Shown: one piece after another, positions 26,879 to 39,812 of the stretch | How the letters are laid out: the number at the start of each line of letters is the position of its first letter | How positions within the stretch are numbered: position 1 is the first letter of the stretch | Source: Octopus sinensis | Lineage: Eukaryota | DNA length: 64,000 nt | Direction of reading: 5' to 3' | Assembly: GCF_006345805.1 (NCBI RefSeq) | Contig: NC_042998.1 | Coordinates: 190,340,001 to 190,404,000 of the forward strand | Position numbers and translations under genes: made by a program | Notes under the pieces: model-generated | Database searches by the model: none | Told to the model about the DNA's origin: nothing | What the model saw: the letters and a program-made list of their open reading frames with translations, nothing else

Positions 26879-29800
26879 AGCAATCTATGGACATAATCAT
26901 ATGTAATCTTTCAGAAAATGTTAACCTAAATTCTGAAAAGATGAGCCGAGAAAAAAAATGAGAAATCTCTTCATAGAGTTTGCTGGTATGGGACATATGA
27001 TGTGTACAAAGGATGATAGTTGGGTGGAAAAGATCTAAATGGAAGAATCTTACTGAAAAGGTAGATGTGGGAAGAACTGATAAAAATGGAAAATGGATTT
27101 CAAAATACTGAACCACACAAAAGATATTACAAGGAACAGCAAGCATTGAGACACTGTGTGGCATAAAACTCATCCAACCCATACAAGCAAGGAAAAACAT
27201 ATAAAATGATAATGATGACTACGATACAAGCAATTTAATTAACTCTTCAGCAAAGAGGATCTCTTTGATTCACAGAAGCACAACTAAAGACTTAGTGATA
27301 TAAACCACTCAACAATTTTAGAGGTGCTTCTGCTTACAGTAGCCAAATTGTTCCTATGTGATGCCAATTTACAGTTAGGTAAACTGGGCCAAAAGAGAGA
27401 GAGTTAAGCATCTTAACCATAGGTAGAGTGGATTTTCTTCTCCAATAAACTATCAATGACAATCAGCAGCTCCCATAGAAAAATACCTATCACCACTTTA
27501 CTAACTGCTGAAGAAAATTAAGTTCCGGAAGGTAAATAGTACAAAATAGTATAGGATGGAAGAATGTGGGGTATAGTAGTATAGAGGGACGCAAGAAGTA
27601 TAATGAAGAAGTTATGATAGTATAGTACAGGAGTTGTGATAGTCTAGAGAAGGCAATAAGTGTTCAATTTCTGATCGTTGAGAGAAAATTATGCACATAT
27701 CTAAGGACAGTTATGTTAGGCATAACATTTATAACATGACAATTCTCATACTTCAGTGCCTTTGAATGATGATTTTAGTGATAAAATTTCCTGAATTTTA
27801 TATTCTAATATCATTAATACCTTATTAGAGTAATGTTAAAATCACGCAGTACATATGTTTACTTTGTCAATGGTATCAGTAATATAACTGCTAATAACAA
27901 TGAATGAAGTAAATAATTTCGAGGTTTTATGGCATGTAAATCATCATAATCAGCAGCATCACATCTGCTTTTCATGCTGGCATGGGTTGGACAGTTTCAG
28001 CAAGCTGCAGGGCTGTTCCAAGTCCCAGTGTCAGCTTTGGCATGGATGCTCCTCCTAATAACCACATTACAGTGCAAATCAGTCCAACCCATGCCAACAT
28101 GGAAAACAGATGTTAGATAGTGATGATATACACATACATATATTGATATATATGTATATAAGAGAGTGTGTGTGTGTGTGTGTGTGTGTGCATGCATGTG
28201 TATGTTCTTTATGCATTCAAAACTGAGTTGCTGATTTTGATGTATGAGGTATCAAAAGATTCAGTAATCTTTCAGCTAGCAAATAAACTTTATTTTCATT
28301 TAGATATTTTCTACGTTACCTCAACAACCAGCTGTAGTTATTTGAAAGACACTGCTCCACAATGATCAGGTTCCATTGGAAAGTGAAAATAGTTTCACAC
28401 TTTCAATTTGAACCAAAATTACAGTGTTGCATTACAAGAGTGATGATGTGTGAATAATGAAAGAAATTTTTCTCCAAATTAGTCACATCTGTACTACAAT
28501 AAAGAAAGCTGCCTATCATCTATCTATATATATAAAGGCTACCAAATAAACTATGTTTTTGACACAATTCTTTTACTACTAAACAGAAACAAGGTTGGGT
28601 CACACAATTTTGAGGTCATTTCCAGACAATATTTCTAATGTTTCACTTTCATCTGATGTTTCATGCATGCATAGAACTCTATTCAGACAAACATTTATGA
28701 AAATGTACACATAAATATTGTTTTAAAATAAACCACAACCAAAAATATTTCATTAAAAGATATCCATTTCTCCATATGATTTGAAGAAATAGTCACTAAC
28801 TCTCTCTCACTCTCACATACACACACACATACAAAAAAGATGTATGTATATGTATTTACACACATACATATGAAAGATAGTGTGTGAGAGAGTGAGTGTC
28901 ACACATACATGCAAAAAATACAACACCACACACCTTCACTCACTCTCTCTCTCACACACATCCATTTCATATACATGTACATACATGTTTCACTTTCTCC
29001 TCTCACTTCAAAGCAAATGTCACCTTTTCACTTTCTCTTCTCTTTCAATGTCTGCTCTCTTCAAAGCATAAGAAATGAAAAATTTTTACAGAAATTAACA
29101 ATCATATGATCCCATATGATTGAGTTGACAACTTTGCTGCTTCAAATGAAAGAATGCCATAAAAAACTTCCTTTTGTATGCACATGTGCTAAAACTTCTG
29201 TCATCATCATCATCATTTAGCGTCCGTTTTCCATGCTAGCATGGGTTGGACGGTTCAACTGGGGTCTGGGGAGCCCGAAGGCTGCACCAGGCCAGTCAGA
29301 TCTGGCAGTGTTTCTACAGCTGGATGCCCTTCCTAACGCCAACCACTCCGAGAGTGTAGTGGGTGATTTTATGTGCCACCGACACAGGTGCCAGACGAGG
29401 CTGGCGAACGGCCACGCTCGGATGGTGTTTTTATGTGCCACCGACACAGGTGCCAGACGAGGCTGGCAGACGGCCACGCTCGGATGGTGTTTTTATGTGC
29501 CACCGACACAGGTGCCAGATGAGGCTGGCGGACGGCCACGATCGGATGGTGTTTGTTACGTCCCCAAAGCACGGAGGCCAGTCTATGCGGTACTGGCTAC
29601 GGCCACGTTCGGATGATTTTCTTGTGTGCCACCGGCACTGGTACCACCGGCACTGGTACCACAAAGATACAAATTCATTGATGTTCATCTATTTGATTGT
29701 TTTGATTTGATTTGATTTTCACTTGCCTCAACAGGTCTTCACAAGTGTCACAAGAAGGAAGATATGCACATGAATTGTTATTTCTTGTAGTGTGCATATG

Positions 29801-32800
29801 CAAAATTACAGCTCAAATCCAACTGAAATTACCTTTTTCTATTCTGTAATTTGTGTTTGTGATGAGTGTATTTAAAAACCTGATATTTGATATAAACTTA
29901 AAAGAAGTTTTCCCACAAATCCTGTCCTTCACCTGTTGTTCCTAGCTTGTTCCTTATTTTTTACCAAAATTTCCTGGGGTTTTTTTTGCCTAAATTTCCT
30001 GTTTTCAATACAGGGGATTAGGATTTCACCCAAAAAGCACATTCTCAATATTTTAATGTTCTCCCTCCCCACCCCAAATTCCTCATTTTTTTTTACTTTT
30101 TTCTAATTTTTTTTTTGGTAACCCACAGAGAAAAAAAAAAGAGTACAAATCTTTAAGACTTTTCTTCTTCCTTTTTTCTTAAAGAAATACTATAATCTCC
30201 ATCCCAAACATCCACCCATCACATCACCGCTTTCAAAAAAGCTACAAACTCTTAATGCTTCACTTTTAGCTTTTTGAGAAAGCAAGGAAGTTTCTTCAAA
30301 AATAATGTCATTGTTTCTAGCATGTCAGGTTATCTGGTGGTGGTCTGGTATTTTTCAACTCTGCTATTTTAGTACAATTCTACACACGCACGAAACATCA
30401 AACAAAAGTGAAACACTGGGAGATTTTAGCTTTTCGAAAGTGGGTAGGTGATGGGTGGGTGAGGTGGAGGGAAGGGACACTGAGTGTTTCTTTAAGGAAA
30501 ATTGAACTTAAAATATATATATTTCCCAGATTTGTAATCTGTATTTTTCTACGTCGATAAAAAAAAAAAAATTTGAAAAAAAATACAAATTAAGAAATTA
30601 TGGTGGGGACGGGGGAGGGAGGTAAAATTTCGAAAACGTGATTTCTGGGCAAAATCTTATTAACCCCCTTTTATATGATGAAACAATATATAGTCTGTGA
30701 TCCTTCTTAAGAACGAAAGCACTTTCATGCAAACCCGTGCAAGTTGTACCCTCGCCACCCTTCACTTTTAAACAAACAATAACTTTCATTACGTCAGTAA
30801 TCCAGTTCACTCTATATCAGCTGTGCTGGTACTGCTCATAAGAAAAGATCAAATAATACTATGTGGCTGTAGATCATAATACCTGGGTAACGCCGGGATG
30901 CATTACTAGTAAATAGATGCATACATATGTTATTTAGTATCCACTTATTTCTTTCCATGCTAACAATGGCTTGGACAAGTCTCTCAGTTTCTTGCCTCTT
31001 ATCACAGTCTTTTGTCATCTGGCAAACACAGCAAGATTTTTTTTTTAGTGTGTGTGTGTATGTATGTCATGTGTATATAAACACACACACACACAAACAT
31101 AAGTAAAACCCTCAGCCTGTCTAGGAAGACAGTAACTCCAAATAAAGATTCAGATCATAAAACCCTATCCAATCCTTTGTGAACAAAAAAATTACATACA
31201 CACACACACATCTGTTCCAAACAGTTTTGCATAAATGGCAATCACTAATCTCATGTATATTCTCAAAATGACAAACTTAACAGGAGAATTACAAAGATAT
31301 ATCACGGCTTTTGATCTGAAGAATTACCAAATGCTTAAAAGTATAAACTATATCATACATGACAAACCAAGAGATTCCTCAAATGTGGCTGCGATAAGTT
31401 TGTCCTTTCCATAGTCCTGTAACTTGAGTTGAAAAATGTTATGCAACAGGACAATGCTATCCGAAAAGATCATAAGAAATACAAAATCAATTATGTAAGT
31501 TGATATCAAGAACTGGACTAGGTTCTGTCGTGTAACAGAACAATGTTATACCAAAAGATCTTCAGAAATGCCAAATCAATATGGGTTTAATATCAAGGAG
31601 CTGACTAGGTTAGTTACAAACTAATTAAGTAGGGTTTCTCAGCCACCCATAAAAGATGATAAAATATTAGAGATTATATTAAAGATGACAGAAATAATAT
31701 TAATAAAATATCCCATATCATAATGGATGTTCAATCAAATGAGGGATCCATTTAATGATGATGGGAGAAGTGAATGCAATGTTTAAATAATCCCCAAGAA
31801 AACTTAATTAAAAAAACAGAGATATAATGGAATGGATTTTTAAAAACGTATGCCACAATTATATTCTAAGTGAGCAAAAGCAATCATATCATAGGGGGAA
31901 GCCTCTACATAGTCACTTGGTCTGCCAGAAATAGCAGCCTAGTCAACCTCAAATTATACCTTGCCATCTGAAATAAAGGATCAAAATAGGATGGTCACTA
32001 CATGAGTGTCTTTGATCACAGGTCTGCTCAATCTGGGCTGATCTGCAGATAAACAACCACCTCGAATGTCGACGAGAAGTGCTCCCTGTAAAGGATCTAA
32101 TCACAATCTTTTTCAAACTAAATAATAAGTCATTTTTAGAATGAAATTTATTTTGTTTTAGATCAGAATTTTAAATAACTAAATAAAATATTAAATATGT
32201 AAAACAAGCAACTGTCTGTAGCACCTTACACAAATATATATCTACATAATATATTTATATAAAATACACATATAATGTTAGACTATGAATATATATATTA
32301 TAGTCTATTTATATAAAAACATCTTCATCTAACTTATTTAACAAGCAAAATACGTAGATATGGTTTCTCATTTGTAGCATTCTATTTTACATATTTCATT
32401 TTATATTCTAAATCTGGTCTTCTTTAGAATCTGCAATGAAACAGATTAAGTTCAATGAATAATTTAAGAAAAATGATTACATCACATTCGAAGTATGTTA
32501 ACAATATTTCAAACATTTCGACATGTGATAATCAATCACTAGAAATTCATACAAATCTACCCATGAAGCAAATGAAAAAAACTATTATTTATTGCTACAC
32601 ATTTTCACTTATTTCACACAAAATTTGTTCAGGTTTCTCGTCTACGGGATAAAAATTAAGCTAATGTTCCGATAACTTGAATAAGCCTGCAAAAGTGAAA
32701 TGGTTTGAGTAAAAAAGCCAGAAAATAGATAATATCCAAAAATAGAATCTAGCCAAAGCTCTCGTGGTTAAAATAGTCAGTCCTCTCTCTATAACAATAT

Positions 32801-33105
32801 ATATAATCAATTAGCAAATGTAATGTCCTCAACTAAGAGAGAGGGGGGCGGGAGAGAGCTTTTGTATAATTAGACGCTTCCTGCAAGTGGAACTTAAATG
32901 AAATATTAACAGAATTTTTCAGTAATTTCTCTTAGAAAAATAAGTTCGATCGATCTTCGAATAATAATGATAATAATAATAACATGAGCAGCAGAATTGG
33001 AAAGAATATACACATATATTTGGCTATTATAACGTGACACCTAAATCACGTGTGGTAAATGAGTCAAAAGGGAAACAAGGTGTACTTTATATATACACAC
33101 ACACA

Positions 33106-33111
<6 letters not shown>

Positions 33112-33141
<30 letters not shown>

Positions 33142-33197
33142 TGTATGTATGTATGTATGTATGTATGTATGTATGTATGTATGTATGTATGTATGTA
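33112..33197 (+). repeat. (TATG)n tetranucleotide microsatellite
   Basis: About 21 uninterrupted TATG units. Confidence 0.95.
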
Positions 33198-35062
33198 TAT
33201 AAGCATGTATTATGGTGGAGAGGTGATTATTTATTATACACATAACTAATGTTAATCATTCAAATAAGCTTGAGTTCCGATGGTAGAAATTATTCATGTA
33301 AAAGCCACCGAAAGGTGTGTGTGGAAATCATCAGAATACAAGCATTTTCATTTCCACAACGATGTCATCAAAAGACAGAAAAATGAAAACACAAATGAAT
33401 TCTTACTGTGCGGTCATTAATTAAATTTAAGACGAAGCTAAATTTTGATGCAATTAACGATGTTAACAACATTAACAACAACAACAACAACAATAATCGA
33501 TTATCGTTATATAAGGTAACGCCCCCTTCAGTGAATATTATTAAGACATGTAATATAATATTATCGACAAATGATCGTCAATATTGATTTCTTTCTTAGG
33601 AACGAGGCCGTTTTGTGAGGAATGTGGGCGGGTATAGTCAATAACCTCCACCCCACTATATTACTGGTATCTGGAACGTTAACTTGGGCTGTCTTTCATC
33701 ATAGAGGCCTGGGGAGAAACGTAGATCGATTCTCTCATGCAGACAGTGCTAATGTTGTTTTGATTGGGTTTTGTCTTGTTCTTTTAATTTAAAAAAATTT
33801 TTTTTATAACACAGACATGGTGTATTTTAAAAACATACCAAATAGTAAATTGTAGCATTCATGCTTTTCTCAAGGACATTAGCGATCTTGGTGGTCTGAA
33901 GTATTTCGAGATGGGACCACTCTAATAGTAATAATAATGAGTTTGTCATCATTATTATTAGACGACACGATCATCATCAGCATAATAATAATAATAATAA
34001 TGGTAGGCATCAACCATTATAATGAGTACTAACTTTAGTGCAAGCTACAAACTTGTAGAGGAATAGATATGACGAGAATAAAACTCAATGCATTAAAGAT
34101 ATTTATTTTCCCGAACCCAGATGGATAAACGTAAAAGCAAATACAAGAGGAATTTTAAATCAGAATGTAAGAAGGACGAAACTACATGTTGAACTATCAT
34201 TTCACAACCTCTTCTGCATAACTAATAATAATAATCATAAATGCTTCCCTCCACTGCTACAACGACATAAATTTGCAGAAGACAGAAGCATGTGACTAAA
34301 TCGTCCTCAGCACATCTCTGGTATCTATAAGGTTTCGAATCGATCCCTGTGAGAGAGAGAGAGAAAAGCAATGTCAGCCAGCCTCCAGGGCAATTCGAAC
34401 TCGTAAACTAGACGAACTAAGCGAAACACTGCAATGCGACCCTCTACCGTTTCTGCCACTTCGAGCCAGAAATGAAATTCTTATATGATCGCTCGGCATG
34501 GAATAACTGTCACCCTACCTGTGGACTGCTCGAACAGCATTGACCTGGGGCTATACACAACAACATAACAATGAGAGGGGAGGGCAGTCAACTGTTGTTA
34601 TACACAACAATTTAGTAATTTTCTAAATTTCCACCCTAGACTGGATGAGATCCTTCCTTACTAATACAGTTCGTGCATGTCATCAAGTGTTATCTGATAG
34701 TATCAAAGTTTAATTAAACATGGCATGTTTTATGCATATCTGCACACACATATATATATATTTATATACACAGATACATGTGTATATGTGTGTGTGTATG
34801 AATCATACACACTTCCACCATGTTTAGCTGTTCTAAAAACTATTTTAATAAATCATCATATTGTGACCTCAAGTAGTCAAAAACTGCAAGTCAGTCAGCA
34901 CCAAAAAGAGAAAAATTAGTAAACAAATAAATAAATAAATAAAAGTTTATTATTATAAGTCATTATCAAAATAAATAATACGATAGATTATTCATATGCA
35001 TATATATAAAAATCATACGATCGATGCATCTGTGATATATATATATATATATGTATATATAT

Positions 35063-35099
<37 letters not shown>

Positions 35100-35105
<6 letters not shown>

Positions 35106-35179
35106 CATAAATGTACATATCAAACGTGCATATATATATATATATATATATAATATATATCATAAATGTACATATCAAC

Positions 35180-35219
<40 letters not shown>

Positions 35220-35328
35220 TAAATGTACATATCAAATGTATATATATATATATATATATATCATAAATGTACATATCAAACGTATATATATATATATATA
35301 TATATATCATAAATGTACATATCAAACG

Positions 35329-35360
<32 letters not shown>

Positions 35361-35815
35361 CATAAATGTACATATCAAACGTATATATATATATATATAT
35401 ATATCATAAATGTACATATCAAACGTATATATATATATATATATATATATCATAAATGTACATATCAAACGTATATATATATATATATATCATAAATGTA
35501 CATATCAAACGTATATATTATATATATATCATAAATGTACATATCAACGTATATATAATATATATATATCATAATGTACATATCAAACGTATATATATAT
35601 ATATATATCATAAATGTACATATCAAACGTATATATATTATATATATATATTATATATATATATATATATTATAAATGTACATATCAAACGTATATATAT
35701 ATATATATCATAAATGTACATATCAACGTATATATAATATATATATATCATAATGTACATATCAAACGAATATATATATATATATCATAAATGTACATAT
35801 CAAACGTGTATATAT
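35100..35815 (+). repeat. Minisatellite: fixed ~23-bp core plus variable (TA)n
   Basis: 16 copies of ATCATAAATGTACATATCAAACG (counted by eye) separated by (TA)n of varying length. Confidence 0.92.
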
Positions 35816-36534
35816 ATATATATATATAATATATATATATATAATATATATATATACAAATGTATACATGTGATTATATATAGACATATATATGCATACA
35901 CGTTAGCATATATATTACAATACACATAACTATATATAATATACACACTTTATCTTTCTTCCTATATATGTGTGTGTGTGTATAAAATAAAATATACAGA
36001 GAGAGAGAGAGAGAGACAGCCTAAGTACTCAATAAATTAAGTGCACAACTAACGAATATACATAATACACAACTGTATGTATACACACGAACACGTATAT
36101 ACATTTATGTATGATATAAGCATATGTAGGATTATACTCTTGCACATTTATAAACACCCAATTTGCATAGATGGTATTTGATATGTCTATGTGTGTGTGT
36201 ATGAGTGTGTGTAAAGCATTTTTAATGTCTAGAAAATGGAATAATTAATATTTATTTATAATTGTTACTGTAATGACGATTAGAAACGGAAATTTACCAA
36301 ATGATGTCAAAGCTTTATATATATATATATACACGAACACACACACAAATTTGAGTGTGTACATACATGCAGAACATTTATTATTATATTTGAGTTGAGA
36401 AATTTCGAAAGATAATTAAAACTGAAAACACTGACGATATAAAGTGGAAGCGACGAATATTCAAAACAACACTCTTGAGCAAATATTTCAGTGATATATA
36501 CATGTACTGCCTGATTATATATATACATATATAT

Positions 36535-36689
36535 ATGTGGTACTATTTAAGAAGATATATATATGTATATATACATACACTAGACATATATATACATGGT
36601 ACTATTAAGAAGATATATATATATATACATACACACACTATATATATATATATATGGTACTATTTAAGACTATATATATATACACACAC

Positions 36690-36722
<33 letters not shown>

Positions 36723-36805
36723 ATATGTGGTACTATTTAAGACTATATATATATATATATATACACATACACACACTATATATATATATGGGGTACTATT
36801 TAAGA

Positions 36806-36838
<33 letters not shown>

Positions 36839-36900
36839 CACACTATATATATATATGGTACTATTTAAGACGATATATATATATACATACATCATACACA
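36535..36900 (+). repeat. Minisatellite ~60-70 bp
   Basis: 6 copies of GGTACTATTTAAGAC/AAG embedded in (TA)n(CA)n. Confidence 0.85.
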
Positions 36901-36908
36901 CACACACC

Positions 36909-36947
<39 letters not shown>

Positions 36948-37376
36948 ATACGTGTTGTGTGTGTGTGTATATGTCTCCACATATATATATTGTATCAAAA
37001 AAATATTCAGTGAAAAGCCACAGAAAATTAGATACATGTGTAGATATAATATCCAGAGACATCACGAAATAACACCATAAATATATGGAAAGGTATCATA
37101 TTTAAACATTTTGACATCTACTTAAAATTATCTACATACATATGTGTATGCTCTTACGCCTCTGTATATAAATATATATACGTGTGTATATATATATATG
37201 TTTGTATGTATGTAAAGGTGTCGAATGAAATATCATTTAACGATTGTATATATATATATATATAATATATATATATATATATACGTGTTGTGTGTGTGTG
37301 TATATACAATATATTTACATTATCTGTGAAGAAGGTGGCATTATGAAATAGAATTGAAAGATATACTTTGACTGAC

Positions 37377-37540
37377 CTGCCAACAAAATTCTCTAACACA
37401 CTGCTCTTTCCTGCACTTTGACTTCCAACGACGGCTATCTGCGGCAGATCCAAAGAGATGGGCACCCCGAGGGTGGCAAAAGCGTCCTGCAACTTATTCA
37501 CTATAGGAATAAGCTGCTCCATACCCATATTACCCGACAT
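37377..37540 (-). CDS. DNM1: Dynamin (classical, shibire/DNM1-3 type), coding exon 1 only
   Basis: ATG at 37540 in A-rich context (AAAATGT) translates [54 protein letters not shown](R). It has the G1 P-loop GSQSAGKS, and [16 protein letters not shown] fits classical dynamin rather than Drp1. The 164-nt exon ends in phase 2 (GGC AG|GTCAGT), the conserved dynamin intron-1 position. The ORF-track start at 37573 is a GTG. The symbol is a family-level label, not a resolved orthologue. Confidence 0.95.
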
Positions 37541-37900
37541 TTTTATGAAATTTTTAAAAAGAGAGGGTTCCACTCGACTTTTTTTCTTTTACACACCACG
37601 CTCTCTCTCTCTCTCTCTCTCACTCTCTCTCTTCCGTTCTTTTTCCCCTTTCACACGTGATATAAAATGATTGTTTAATAAATCCCTTTGTTGGAAAGAA
37701 ATAAACAAACAATTTATCCCTTGTTCTTGTGGTCTGTCTGTATGTATGTGTGTGAGTGGAGTGAGTGAGTGATCGGGGGGTGGCCAAGCTCTGACAGCTT
37801 CCAAACTGTGGTCAGTTTGTCATGATGGCGGAACTACTTCTATCACTGAAATGGTCGTCGGCTGACGTAGGGCCGCTTACATCCTCCTAAACTGCAATTA
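37541..37900 (-). promoter_or_regulatory. Probable dynamin 5' UTR / core promoter region
   Basis: CpG-richer island directly upstream of the ATG, with a (GA)n tract at ~37601-37632, a YY1-like CCGCCAT on the minus strand (ATGGCGG ~37825-37831) and a CRE-like TGACGT (~37863). The TSS itself cannot be seen. Confidence 0.4.
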
Positions 37901-38048
37901 ACGTATTCAGCACAAAAAGAAAGAAAAAAAAAAAAAAAGCCTGCAAAAATTCCCCCAACAACATAGCGAAGCAATCGCTACTAGTTTTCCCCACTATTAT
38001 AATAACAACCACCACTAACACTAACAAACAACTACTAATATTAATTAG

Positions 38049-38082
<34 letters not shown>

Positions 38083-39812
38083 GCTGCTGTGGTCGCTGTT
38101 AACGAAGAAAATAAACCCCGCAAAAAAAAAAAAAATAGAATATTTTTAATTAATCATTTTTGTTGTTGGATGACTGATTTTTTTTCCTCCTTTTTACTAT
38201 TCCACTTCATTTATATAATATATACATACATATAAATATTTACACACACACACATATATATATGTGTGTGTCTGTGTGTATTAATTAATGGAGCAAAGAG
38301 AAATATATTACATGCCACACACAGTAGTATGATATAAATAATGTTAACAAGGGGAGTAGACTTTAATAGCAAATGCTATGCTAGGCTCTGAAAAATGTCG
38401 TATGACACTCAGTAATTGCGGAGATATTCATTCCCGGAAGAAGATTAGGACTTTCTAGGTTGGGGAAATTCTTCATAATTGCTGCGTTGAAGAAGATAGG
38501 GTGAGATTTGTTAAATAAAATAATCAAAATAAAATGAATGGGACTAGCGTTAGAAAATAATAAGGATACTAAAGACGAAAAACTGTAGCTTGGTTTTGAC
38601 AAGTTAGAAAAAAATAATAGAGAAATTGTCCACGTAACATACTGAATTTATTTTACACGCCAGCATTATGATTTTAATGATGCACATATATATAATGCAC
38701 CGAATTAACTTAATCGTTGTACATATTCCTTTGCTATTGTTTTTAAGAGGTATTGTTTCAACTGAAAGTTGAGCATCTACAATAATATATTCTTTTACGA
38801 TCTAGAAATATTTGTAGTGTCTTTATTGAAAGGTTAGGAAAATACAGTTACTTAATAAGTAAGTAACGAAGGATGCAGTATAATTAATTTAAAAACAAGC
38901 ATCTGCTAAAACTAATTACAATGATATGTCGAAGTGGAATCAGCGATTAGGAGCAGAATCCCTGGAGGATCAGCCGTCTCACGTGATGTTATGTAATTAT
39001 ATTCGGTGCGACTTTCTCTTCTTTCTTTCACTCTCCGAAATTAATCTATTCTTTCTGCATTTTACAAAAGATAGTAACCGAATTAAAGCATTTTGATTTA
39101 TTCAAGTAAAAAAGGATTTCCAAGAATCTTCGTGTGATATCAATATTTAACATTTTATATTTGTTTTAAACGTTGCATTTATTATCAGTTCACAATAAAT
39201 AATTATATTGCATTTTAATTTTTTAATTTTTAATTATAAAAATCCTATATAGATCACTTAGGAATTTATATATATATAGAATAATATAACATGTTCAGAA
39301 AATGTTAATCACTTCTGTTGTCATCATTATTATTATCACAGTCTCTTTTTTTTTTTTTTTGGTGATTATGTTTATTTGTAAATGACAATAATTCTCAAAT
39401 GCCCTGTAGAGGTACAGCCAGAGTGACAGATAAAGTGATTTGTGGTATTTAGTTACAATCTTTTACGCTCTGGGTTTAAATGCCATTGCAAATGGGGTTA
39501 TTAAAGTAGAGTACCAGCTAAGAACTGGGGGTTGATTTGTATTCCTATAGTGCAGCCTAGATGTGAGTGGAATTATAATAGACATTAAGACAACTATTAG
39601 TGATGATAATTCTTACTTCATTGATCACAAGAGCCCATGCATACTTAAGATGTGATACAAGAAAGTTTCAGAAACACGTGGAAATGTTGGTAGGGAAGAC
39701 CATGCAAGGGTACATATAAAAGGGAGTTGTTGAGATGTTAAATGATGAACATATTAAAAATGTTATATAAATTCAATAAGATAGAATTAAAAATATGATT
39801 ATATAAAAATAC

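Larger units (their letters stand above)
1..37376 (-). other. Dynamin intron 1 (partial; acceptor apparently left of the window)
   Basis: GT donor at 37376-37375. A manual search for the expected next exon (DFLPRGSGIVTRRPL) on the minus strand found nothing in 1-37376. Confidence 0.6.

Noticed and set aside
29365-29640. CRISPR-like palindromic repeats
   Set aside because: The whole 62-bp unit is repeated with no unique spacers, and it is part of an RTE 3' UTR.
31440-31615. Degenerate ~88-bp tandem duplication
   Set aside because: Only two diverged copies with no coding or structural signal; recorded but not considered informative.
35100-35815. CRISPR-like repeat/spacer layout
   Set aside because: Spacers are only (TA)n, the context is eukaryotic and there are no cas genes; it is a minisatellite.
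36475-37080. 201-aa ORF
   Set aside because: Translation of TA/CA repeats and the minisatellite.
37541-37573. N-terminal extension [11 protein letters not shown] of dynamin
   Set aside because: The track start is a GTG; homology to dynamin begins at the ATG at 37540.
37825-37890. Divergent plus-strand gene start ATGGCGGAA
   Set aside because: Stop after 21 codons with no donor site; better explained as a YY1-like promoter motif.
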